From Candidatus Nomurabacteria bacterium (GTDB taxonomy: Bacteria > Patescibacteriota > Minisyncoccia > Phycocordibacterales > UBA9973), in assembly GCA_023267375.1 (NCBI GenBank), contig JAHFNJ010000002.1:23634-87633 (forward strand): 64,000 nt of DNA, written 5' to 3'. How positions within the stretch are numbered: position 1 is the first letter of the stretch; each line of letters opens with the position of its first letter. Positions 39,824 to 48,518 of the stretch are shown here, one piece after another. A program made the position numbers and the translations under genes. Under the pieces are notes generated by a model, which ran no database searches, was not told where the DNA came from, and saw only the letters and a program-made list of their open reading frames with translations.

Positions 39824-41263
39824 ATGTTTTCTAAAAAAACTTTTATTATTGTCACTATATTCTTTATTACGGCAACTTTACTCACGCCACTCTTTTTAGT
39901 TTCGGCTGTTGACGAGGGGAGTGTTCCACCAGCAGATGATGGTTCGGGAAGCGTTACTCCTCCTGCGGATCCCAAAACAGTCGATCCTGTCCCGTCTGAC
40001 CCAGGTGGATCAGGATCGACTGACCCTACTCCCGCACCCATTGTTACTGATCCTGCTCCACCAGCCAGTGATCCGGTCCAACCAGCTCCTTCACCAAAGG
40101 AGACAAGTACTCCTCCCTCTACGCCAGTTTTTACTACTGGGGGATCGACACAGCCAACTATTGCTCCCGAGGTATCAACTGAAGACTTTTCTGCAGTTAA
40201 TCCTACGACTCAAAATCCAGACTCATCAAAAAATAATCTTGCGTTGATTATTGGGGCGCTCGCGCTTTTTGGTGGAGGAGTATTTGCATTTAAGGCGAAT
40301 CAGAAAAAGAATGATGGCCCATGCGATACAATAAAAACAAAGCTTGAGCAGAAGAAGACTGAATTGGCAAACGTTGATCAAAAACTTTCCCTGCAAGAGA
40401 TTGCTAAACAAAAATTGGCAGAAGAGATTGAGAATAAAAAAGAAAGTCTTAAAGAAAAAGCAATTACCAAAGTGAAAGATAAGACGCTCGAAAAGATAAA
40501 TAGTGAAATTCTCAAAAAGACTATTGAAAAAGCTGAGAAGGGGAAAGAACTATATGACACGCTGGTTGAAAAGAAAGATGAAGCCGAGAAGTTGATTGAA
40601 GTTTTAAAAGCAAAACGGCAAGGACTTTCAAGTGAAGTGCAGAAACTCGAATCGGAATATAAGGTGTGTGTGGCTGGCGTAACGAGTGCCTCAGTTGTTA
40701 AAAAAGGGGGAATAGTACTTCCGTTACTGGGAAGTATGCCAAAAAAAATCTATATCACGGGTGTTTCTGGAACAGGGAAATCTAGTATAGCTTTAAAACT
40801 AGCAGAAAAAGGAATTCCCTCAATTGATATAGATGAAATAAAAGATTTATGCAAATGGGTACACAAGGACACAAAAGAAATTACTCATTGGTATCCTGGG
40901 GTCGGCGGTCAGTTCTTTGAGTCCTATAAGTATATTTGTGATAAAGAAAAATTGATTAGTTTAATGGGAGAACATAAAAATGAAACTGTTGTAGTTGTAG
41001 GACTCGCAGATAATCAATCAGAATTTTTTGATTTATTTGATACGGTATTTCTATTTCAGTGTAAACCAGATGTTTTTTTGAAAAGAATTACCGATAGAAC
41101 AAATCATGATTTTGGAAAACATGATTCCGAAAAGAAAATGATTTTGGGTTGGTACAAGGATTTTGAAAAAGAAGTGTTAGAAAAGAAAGCAATCCCAATA
41201 GATACTGAAGCTCCACTTGAGAAAGTGCTCAAAGTTGTTATTTCTGAGATTGGAAAACTATGA
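39824..41263 (+). CDS. Signal peptide, Pro-rich stalk, TM, coiled coil and P-loop kinase fusion
   Basis: C-terminal IYITGVSGTGKS...IDID nucleoside/shikimate kinase-like domain. Confidence 0.7.
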   Translation: MFSKKTFIIVTIFFITATLLTPLFLVSAVDEGSVPPADDGSGSVTPPADPKTVDPVPSDPGGSGSTDPTPAPIVTDPAPPASDPVQPAPSPKETSTPPSTPVFTTGGSTQPTIAPEVSTEDFSAVNPTTQNPDSSKNNLALIIGALALFGGGVFAFKANQKKNDGPCDTIKTKLEQKKTELANVDQKLSLQEIAKQKLAEEIENKKESLKEKAITKVKDKTLEKINSEILKKTIEKAEKGKELYDTLVEKKDEAEKLIEVLKAKRQGLSSEVQKLESEYKVCVAGVTSASVVKKGGIVLPLLGSMPKKIYITGVSGTGKSSIALKLAEKGIPSIDIDEIKDLCKWVHKDTKEITHWYPGVGGQFFESYKYICDKEKLISLMGEHKNETVVVVGLADNQSEFFDLFDTVFLFQCKPDVFLKRITDRTNHDFGKHDSEKKMILGWYKDFEKEVLEKKAIPIDTEAPLEKVLKVVISEIGKL

Positions 41264-41505
41264 CCTTTTTCATTTATATTCTCGAATGCGTTGACGCGAC
41301 ATTGTATGTCGGCTCTACGAATGATCTTGAAAAGAGAGTGCATGCGCATAATCACTTAAAGAGTGGTGCGCACTATACCAAAATTCGCCGGCCGGTGGTG
41401 TTGAAATATTCTGAAAAAGTACGAACGTATGCAAAAGCTCGAAGCAGGGAAGCAGAATTGAAGAGATTGAGTCGGGGAGAGAAACTCAAGTTAATAAAAA
41501 AATAA
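41260..41505 (+). CDS. GIY-YIG nuclease (UPF0213-like)
   Basis: IYILEC..LYVGST.DLEKRV..H..GAHYT..RRPV. Confidence 0.88.
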   Translation: MTFFIYILECVDATLYVGSTNDLEKRVHAHNHLKSGAHYTKIRRPVVLKYSEKVRTYAKARSREAELKRLSRGEKLKLIKK

Positions 41506-41508
41506 GGA

Positions 41509-42276
41509 CTATTCTTTATACGGTTTCGCAGTGCTCCATAATCCTTCAAAGAGTGCCGAGATAGTATCGTTGTGCTCCTTTGAGGTGACTAAAATCGCGT
41601 AGCAGTTCTCGTATGAAGAAATGTAGAGTGTTTTATCATCAAAGAGAAAGATGGTCGTTTTAAATTTTCCCTTCATGACGTCTGGGAGCATGCGAATTCT
41701 TGAAAACGTTGCGTAGTATTTTTTAAAATCGGATGGTTTTATTTTTGCTTCCCATAAATTGCGGGTAGTGATATTTCGCTGGCGACGCTCCTCCACATAC
41801 TTTCGGATGAATTCTTCACCGAATCCCCAGAAAAATGTATGTTCGGGTACGATCAGATCAACTTTTTTACTTTTTGCATACATCACATCCATTACGACAT
41901 GTTTTACCGCATCGACTCCTTCAAAAAAAGAGACCATTGGCTTTTCAATCTTTGATGCTGATGATGAAACCAGGCTTGGCAGAAGCTCGCCGATTTGTTC
42001 AGTGAGATTTACCGCTTCATCTTCTTTTTCGCGGGCGATAGCAACCAGGCGTTCAAAAGGGGAAAGGGTAAACGTAAAGTCCGACTGCTTGCCCGATTTT
42101 GAAACCAGCCCTCTCTTCTCAAGCGAGTTCAATGCATAGTAAATAGTCGGCCGTTTCATCTTGGTCGTCTTCATGAGATCGTGCGCAGTTCGAGCACCAG
42201 CCACCATGCGCAAGTAGACGGTGATTTCGGATTCCGTCAGTCCCAATTTTTGCAGTTGTTTCTCTGGTTGATTCAT
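41509..42276 (-). CDS. TrmB family transcriptional regulator
   Basis: LGLTESEITVY...RPTIYYALNSLEKRGLV wHTH, FFEG.DAV; likely start is the ATG at 42276, after the repeat element. Confidence 0.85.
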   Translation of the reverse strand: MNQPEKQLQKLGLTESEITVYLRMVAGARTAHDLMKTTKMKRPTIYYALNSLEKRGLVSKSGKQSDFTFTLSPFERLVAIAREKEDEAVNLTEQIGELLPSLVSSSASKIEKPMVSFFEGVDAVKHVVMDVMYAKSKKVDLIVPEHTFFWGFGEEFIRKYVEERRQRNITTRNLWEAKIKPSDFKKYYATFSRIRMLPDVMKGKFKTTIFLFDDKTLYISSYENCYAILVTSKEHNDTISALFEGLWSTAKPYKE

Positions 42277-42416
42277 CCGGTTAGTGAGAAATGGCATTAT
42301 TGGTTTTTGCCGTCTTTTATTAAGTTGTAATTAGTAATTATCATTTTGCAATATGTATATCTTCAACCAATGCCTCACTACCGCTCGGCGATGCCATTTT
42401 CTACTACGGGATTCAT
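42271..42416 (-). mobile_element. MITE-like element at a start codon, copy A (ATGAAT duplicated)
   Basis: Imperfect terminal inverted repeats; strongly similar to 58025-58168. Confidence 0.75.
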
Positions 42417-42513
42417 TTGTCTAATGGCTATTATACACTATTAAACAAAATGTCACAAGGGGGTAGAGTTGAGAAAACGTTATTTCACATTCTAATCCTT
42501 AAATATAAAGCTT

Positions 42514-43101
42514 ATGACAACTGTTCTTATTCAAGCACTTGAGCCCCTGTGGTTCGTGCTACAACTCTTCCTCTTATGGCTCGCTGCGGACTTTATTACC
42601 GGTGTGGTGCACTGGTGGCAAGATGCCTATGGCAATCCGAAATGGCCGATTATCGGCAAGTTCGTTATTGAGCCAAATCTGATTCATCATCAAAATCCGC
42701 GTCACATGTTGCAAGGGAATTACTGGTATCGGGTGAATACCTCGGTGTTTACCGCTGTTATTCTTTCCGTAACATTTTGGTTGCTCGGTTGGCATTCATG
42801 GCAGATGGTGGTGTGTCTTATGTTCTGCAGTCAGGGAAATGAAATCCATGCCATGGGACATCGTACTGATAAAGAAAATGGAAAGTTTATCTGTGCACTT
42901 CAGAAAATCGGCATTATTCAGACAAGGAGAACACATGGTTGGCACCATAAGGCGCCGTATGATACAAACTTTTGTGTCATGACGGAGTTCTTGAATCCAG
43001 CGCTCAACTGGATCGGATTTTGGAATAAGGTAGAATGGTCTTTGCAAAAATTTTTCAAGATAAAAGTCTTGCGAGGGTCTGCTGTCCGTCAAGGAATCTA
43101 A
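42514..43101 (+). CDS. CarF/TMEM189 (PEDS1/FAD4) family lipid desaturase
   Basis: ADFITGVVHWWQDAYG, HHQNP, EIHAMGH, HGWHH..PYDTNFC..T..LNP. Confidence 0.85.
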   Translation: MTTVLIQALEPLWFVLQLFLLWLAADFITGVVHWWQDAYGNPKWPIIGKFVIEPNLIHHQNPRHMLQGNYWYRVNTSVFTAVILSVTFWLLGWHSWQMVVCLMFCSQGNEIHAMGHRTDKENGKFICALQKIGIIQTRRTHGWHHKAPYDTNFCVMTEFLNPALNWIGFWNKVEWSLQKFFKIKVLRGSAVRQGI

Positions 43102-43110
43102 AATGAATTT

Positions 43111-43141
43111 AAAATCTCCGGTTGAAAGACTGGAGATTTTT
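43111..43141 (+). terminator. Intrinsic terminator
   Basis: AAAATCTCCGGTT-GAAA-GACTGGAGATTTTT. Confidence 0.7.
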
Positions 43142-43200
43142 GTATGTACCTTGGAGTGCTTTGATGTGCTAGAATCAGGCCTGTTAGCATATCTATCGCA

Positions 43201-44451
43201 ATGGAAAACAAAAACCAAAAATTTGATGTCATTGTTGTCGGGGGAGGAGCCTCGGGGATGATGGCGGCTGGGCGAGCGGCAGAACTTGGCAAAAAAGTAT
43301 TGCTCCTTGAGAAGAATAAGAAGCTCGGCGAGAAACTCAAAATTTCTGGCGGTGGCAGATGTAACATTACAAATGCCGAAGAAGATGAGCGGATTTTTTT
43401 GCAAAAATATGGAACCAATGAGCAGTTTCTCTACTCAGCTTTTTCACAGTTTGGAATGAAGGATACATTCTCTTTTTTTGAGAAAAAAGGTTTGCCACTC
43501 GTGGTACAGGCGCGCAAGCGTGCCTTTCCGCATACCGAGAAAGCGCTCGATGTTTACGCGACCCTTTTGAAGTATCTGCAATCAGGTAATGTAACTATTA
43601 TGCCGAATGTTTCGGTGACAAAAATAAATAGTGAAGATAAAAAAATTGTTTCAGTCATGTGTGGTCGGCAAGAATATAAAGCAGCGTCGTATATTATTGC
43701 GACGGGTGGTGTGTCGCATCCCGAAACTGGTTCAACAGGGGATGGCTTTTTGTGGCTTAAAAAAATGGGACACACGGTGGCCGACCCAACACCGACCATC
43801 GTACCGATTGCCGTAGCTGATGAATGGATCAAAGTGCTCGCGGGGACGTCGCTCTCGTTCATGAAAATCACCTTCTTTTCTGAAGGTAAAAAAAAGTTTT
43901 CAAAAACAGGGAAAGTACTCTTTACCCATTTTGGCCTCTCTGGACCGCTCATTTTAAATAGTGCGAGTCAGGTGGCGGATTTATTGCACAGCGGAGCGGT
44001 GACGGCGACCATTGACGCATATCCAGATACTGACCTTGGGGCGCTTGAGAAGAAAATTATTGCAGTGTTTGATGCAAACAAAAACAAAATGCTCAAGAAT
44101 ATTTTCAAAGAGATTACGCCGCCCGGAACAGCGGAAAGTATTTTGTCGCTCTTGAAAGAGAAGATCGTTCCTGAAACAAAAGTGCATAGCGTGACCAAAG
44201 AGCAACGCAAAATAATTGTGCATTTATTGAAAGCATTGCCAGTGACTGTTACGGGGCTCATGGGTTTTGATCGGGCGGTGGTGGCCGATGGAGGTGTGCC
44301 ACTTTCAGAAATAGATACGAAAACAATGCGTTCGAAGAAAATCGAAAATCTTTTTATTACTGGCGATCTACTACATATTAATCGTCCCTCTGGTGGCTAC
44401 TCGCTTCAGCTTTGCTGGACCACGGGCTTTGTAGCGGGGAGCAATGCGTAA
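43201..44451 (+). CDS. HI0933/BaiN family flavoprotein
   Basis: GGGASG, ISGGGRCNITN, ATGG.S.P.TGSTGDG, GGYSLQ. Confidence 0.92.
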   Translation: MENKNQKFDVIVVGGGASGMMAAGRAAELGKKVLLLEKNKKLGEKLKISGGGRCNITNAEEDERIFLQKYGTNEQFLYSAFSQFGMKDTFSFFEKKGLPLVVQARKRAFPHTEKALDVYATLLKYLQSGNVTIMPNVSVTKINSEDKKIVSVMCGRQEYKAASYIIATGGVSHPETGSTGDGFLWLKKMGHTVADPTPTIVPIAVADEWIKVLAGTSLSFMKITFFSEGKKKFSKTGKVLFTHFGLSGPLILNSASQVADLLHSGAVTATIDAYPDTDLGALEKKIIAVFDANKNKMLKNIFKEITPPGTAESILSLLKEKIVPETKVHSVTKEQRKIIVHLLKALPVTVTGLMGFDRAVVADGGVPLSEIDTKTMRSKKIENLFITGDLLHINRPSGGYSLQLCWTTGFVAGSNA

Positions 44452-44475
44452 AAATATGCTATACTCCCTCATCTA

Positions 44476-45948
44476 ATGTCTAAAAACGAAACGATCGTCA
44501 GATTTGAGAAAGTCTCATTTGAATACGGAGTGAACAAGCCCATCTTAGACGAGGTGGATTTTTCGATTCGCCGAGGCGCAAAAATAACCCTGATGGGTCA
44601 GAACGGCGCAGGGAAAAGTACCATCTTCGGGCTCATTACAGGCACACTTGAACCAGAAAACGGTACGGTCAATATTGTAAATGGTGTGACAATTGCCATT
44701 GGCCGACAGGTCATTCCACGCGAGGATCTGGGGCTCACGGTTCGCGAATTTTTCCAGAAATGTTTTCCGAAAAAAGTGTATGATATCGATCCGAAAATCG
44801 ATGATGTGCTCGAAGTTGTACATCTCGTCGGTCACGAAAAAGTGCACGACCGCGTTATTAAAACATTTTCTGGAGGACAGCAGGCGCGACTACTTCTTGC
44901 ATCGGCACTGATTCAAAATCCGGATGTGTTGTTGCTCGACGAGCCGACGAACAATTTAGATAAAGCTGGCATTGCACACCTCACGCAATTTTTGATTGAT
45001 TATCAGAAGACCGTACTTGTCATTTCTCACGATGCAGAATTTTTGAATGCCTTTACCGAAGGCGTGCTCTACCTCGACATCTACACCAGAAAAATTGAAA
45101 GCTATACCGGCAACTACCACAACGTAGTGAAAGATATCGCGGCGCGTATTGAAAAGGAAAATATGAAGAATGCACAGCTTTCTAAAGAGATTCAGGCAAA
45201 GAAGGATCAAGCAAACAAATTTGCTATGAAAGGAGGAAACTTGCGCGCGGTTGCCAAACGGATGCGTACACTTGCAGCAGAATTGGAAGAAGAGCAGGTA
45301 GATGTGCGAAAGGAAGATAAAGTCATTCGACCGTTTACCATTCCCATGCAAGAGGATGTGATGGGTGAACTCATCAATATTTCGTCGTTCACCATGATGA
45401 AGAATCACAAAGTGGTCAGTCGTACCGCAAATATTTCCCTCAAGAAAAATACAAGGCTCTTGCTCCGTGGACCAAATGGTATTGGTAAAAGTACGCTTTT
45501 GGAAACACTGGCCAGTGGAAAATCTGCCGGCGCAAAAATCAAAGAGGGAATTCGTGTGGGCTACTACCGCCAAGATTTTTCAACACTCAATTTTGAAGAT
45601 ACCGTATATCAGTCACTCGCTGAAGCGCTAACGAGTACCGGGCATAAGCTTGACGAGCAATTTATGCGCAGTGTTGCGGCAGGGTTTTTAATCACCGGCG
45701 AAATGATTTATACAAAAGTGGGAAGTTTGTCAGAAGGGCAGAAGGGCCTCGTGGCGTTTGCGCGACTCGTACTACAGCGACCAGGACTTTTGATTCTCGA
45801 TGAGCCGACCAACCATATCAATTTCCGCCATCTGCCGATCATTGCGAAAGCCCTCGATCAATACCAAGGCGCGATGATTCTTGTTTCGCACGTGCCAGAA
45901 TTTGTGGCACAAATTCGCATTGATGAGACTTTTGATCTCGATAAGTAA
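44476..45948 (+). CDS. ABC-F family ATPase
   Basis: Two ABC domains (GQNGAGKS and GPNGIGKS; LDEPTN twice), no TM helices. Confidence 0.93.
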   Translation: MSKNETIVRFEKVSFEYGVNKPILDEVDFSIRRGAKITLMGQNGAGKSTIFGLITGTLEPENGTVNIVNGVTIAIGRQVIPREDLGLTVREFFQKCFPKKVYDIDPKIDDVLEVVHLVGHEKVHDRVIKTFSGGQQARLLLASALIQNPDVLLLDEPTNNLDKAGIAHLTQFLIDYQKTVLVISHDAEFLNAFTEGVLYLDIYTRKIESYTGNYHNVVKDIAARIEKENMKNAQLSKEIQAKKDQANKFAMKGGNLRAVAKRMRTLAAELEEEQVDVRKEDKVIRPFTIPMQEDVMGELINISSFTMMKNHKVVSRTANISLKKNTRLLLRGPNGIGKSTLLETLASGKSAGAKIKEGIRVGYYRQDFSTLNFEDTVYQSLAEALTSTGHKLDEQFMRSVAAGFLITGEMIYTKVGSLSEGQKGLVAFARLVLQRPGLLILDEPTNHINFRHLPIIAKALDQYQGAMILVSHVPEFVAQIRIDETFDLDK

Positions 45949-46003
45949 AAGATCTCCACACCTACCAAGTGAAATAACAATGGATATTTAGTACAATATC
46001 CAT

Positions 46004-46696
46004 ATGAAAAAATATCATATATTCCTCATCTGTGCTTTTTTAGCAGTATGGATTTGGGCGGCGATTAATCCAGTCTTTCCTCATGACTGGCTCCTCGAGA
46101 ATTATCTCGTCTTTATTTTTGTTCCGGTTATTCTTTTACTTGGGCATTACTTCAAACTTTCAAAAGTATCGTATACGTTGATTACAATTTTTATGATTTT
46201 GCATGTCATCGGTTCGCACTATACCTACGAGCATGTGCCGTTTGGTGACACGCTCGAACGATGGTTCGGTGCGGATCGAAATATGTATGATCGACTCGTC
46301 CATTTCTCATGTGGATTTCTTATGTTCTATCCGATTCGTGAAGTGTTCATGCGCCTCGCGCATGTTCGTGGCTTCTGGTCCTACCTTTTGCCGATTGATT
46401 TATGGGGATCGTTTTCTGCTATTTATGAAATATTAGAATGGCAAGCTGCAAAGAACGTTGATCCTGCCGCTGGGATTGCCTTTTTGGGTAGCCAGGGAGA
46501 TGTGTGGGATGCGCAAAAGGATATGTTTATGGCGCTTATCGGTGCGGTTGTTGCAGCGCTCATTGTTGCTACCATTAATATGATATACAAGAAAGATTTT
46601 TGGAAAGATATGCGTGAGAGCTTTAAACTCGATAGAAAAGATCATCCACTCGGAGAAGAAGAATTGACTAGAATGTCACACACAACAACCCAATAA
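46004..46696 (+). CDS. DUF2238 (YjdF-like) membrane protein
   Basis: WLLEN, HYTYEHVPFG, RNMYDRLVHF, GSQGDVWDAQKDM. Confidence 0.9.
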   Translation: MKKYHIFLICAFLAVWIWAAINPVFPHDWLLENYLVFIFVPVILLLGHYFKLSKVSYTLITIFMILHVIGSHYTYEHVPFGDTLERWFGADRNMYDRLVHFSCGFLMFYPIREVFMRLAHVRGFWSYLLPIDLWGSFSAIYEILEWQAAKNVDPAAGIAFLGSQGDVWDAQKDMFMALIGAVVAALIVATINMIYKKDFWKDMRESFKLDRKDHPLGEEELTRMSHTTTQ

Positions 46697-46741
46697 ATAG
46701 TACTTTGCAATTATGCCCTTTTGCTCTATAGTACCCATTAC

Positions 46742-47500
46742 ATGAAATCAGACAAAATATTTATTTACGGCAAACATGCACTCATAGAGGCGCTTTCGAA
46801 TAATCCCAAGGCCATCAAGAAAGTCTATCTTTCGCCGAAACAGAATGATCCAACACTTCGTGATCTTATTCGAAAGGTAGGTGTTTCCATGGCGCCGCTT
46901 GAACAGAAACAAGTTCATGGTATTGAGGGGCAGGCGACACATCAAGGAGTGATTGGCGTCACTTCTACCTCCGACTTAGTCCGACCATTTAAAGATTTTT
47001 TGGCTACACTTAAAGTAGGTGACAATACTGCACTCGTGCTTTTGGGTGAGCTCGAAGATCCGCACAATGTCGGTGCTATTATTCGGAGCGCCGCAGCTTT
47101 TGGGATTTCTGGCGTCCTCATTCCGGAACACAATCAAGCGCCAGTTACTGGGGCGGTTATCAAAGTATCTGCGGGTATGGCATTTCGCGTCCCGCTTGTC
47201 TCAATCGGTAACATTAATCAAACACTTCGCGAACTCAAAGATGCTGGATTTACGGTATACGGTCTGGCGGGTGAAGCAGGAGCAAAATCAATTACCGAAA
47301 AATCATTCGATACGCCATCAGTATTTGTCGTCGGCAACGAAGGGGATGGTATTCGCCAAAAAACACGTGAGTACTGTGATGAGCTCGTGGCAATCCCGAT
47401 GCATCCAAAATGTGAATCATTGAACGCTGCAGCGTCTGCATCGATCGCTTTATATGCATGGAGTGCGAAACATCCGGAAGCGCTTAAGAAAAAAAATTAA
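46742..47500 (+). CDS. rlmB: 23S rRNA Gm2251 methyltransferase (SpoU/TrmH family)
   Basis: IYGKH, HQGV, DPHNVGAIIRSA, GNEGDG, ESLNA. Confidence 0.9.
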   Translation: MKSDKIFIYGKHALIEALSNNPKAIKKVYLSPKQNDPTLRDLIRKVGVSMAPLEQKQVHGIEGQATHQGVIGVTSTSDLVRPFKDFLATLKVGDNTALVLLGELEDPHNVGAIIRSAAAFGISGVLIPEHNQAPVTGAVIKVSAGMAFRVPLVSIGNINQTLRELKDAGFTVYGLAGEAGAKSITEKSFDTPSVFVVGNEGDGIRQKTREYCDELVAIPMHPKCESLNAAASASIALYAWSAKHPEALKKKN

Positions 47501-47514
47501 ATTCAGACGAGGGC

Positions 47515-48162
47515 TTAGATCCCTCCGTGGACTAGAAAGAATCCATAGAGTAGAGCGCAAAAATTGAGTACTGCGTGAGAGAGCACAATGAGCGGTAGGC
47601 TTGGATAGCGTATATACATTGTGGCAAAACCGATTCCTCCTATAAAAGCGAGGGGTAACCCTACTTGCGGGTTTTGGAAGAGCATATGCATAAAGGTAAA
47701 GATAATCGTGTTGCAGAGAATGACCACAGCTGTTTCATTGAGTAGTTTTTGTAGCGCGGGGATGAGGTATCCGCGGTAGAGGATTTCCTGGAAAAGGGAC
47801 ACCACAAAGAAAAGGTAGAGGAAATGAGGGTATGTCCACCAGCGCGCGATTTCTTCTTTGCCCAAATTCTCTCCAAGGACACTGATCATGACGACACCAA
47901 CCACGGTGAATAAAATATACTGTGGGTAGTATTTTTTGACGCTCTGCATATCTACGTGGAACATGTTCAATGTCCATTTTTCTTTAATGAGAACAAAGAG
48001 GGTGAGTGCTGCAACTGCGACAAGGACTGGTATGCGCATCGAGATAGGAATAATCCCAAACTTAATGAGTGCGACGGGTAGGATAAAAATGAGTAGTATT
48101 TGCAGAATGAGCTCTGTTTTACTGGTTGTAACCCTGTCTTTTTTGACCAATGAATACTGCAT
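47515..48162 (-). CDS. CPBP (Abi/CAAX) intramembrane metalloprotease-like protein
   Basis: QEILYRGY, FTFMH, HAVLN. Confidence 0.8.
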   Translation of the reverse strand: MQYSLVKKDRVTTSKTELILQILLIFILPVALIKFGIIPISMRIPVLVAVAALTLFVLIKEKWTLNMFHVDMQSVKKYYPQYILFTVVGVVMISVLGENLGKEEIARWWTYPHFLYLFFVVSLFQEILYRGYLIPALQKLLNETAVVILCNTIIFTFMHMLFQNPQVGLPLAFIGGIGFATMYIRYPSLPLIVLSHAVLNFCALLYGFFLVHGGI

Positions 48163-48518
48163 TCTCGTTATTTTAGCATAGTAATCTTATTTCCTTGGTT
48201 TAGTAGATTTTTTTTGTTTTCTTTGGATTTGGACTTTTCCACACGTTAAGCACCTGTTTTCACCAGTTGGAGGTTTCCTTTTTTTGACATTTCATATCAA
48301 AATGGAATCATGAGGGGTTCGCTGTCATGTTTTTTGGCTGCGAACGGCTGGTTTAGGGCATAAAGATAGAGGAAAGGTTCTCTTCTGTTTTAGTTGAGTC
48401 GTATGTGAAAACAAATTATGTAGACTTTTTCGTGGTGGGCTACATTTTATGGGAACACGAGGTCGTGGGTAATTTTAGTAAGTTATGTTTTTATAAGCTA
48501 AATTTAATTTTTAAAAAT

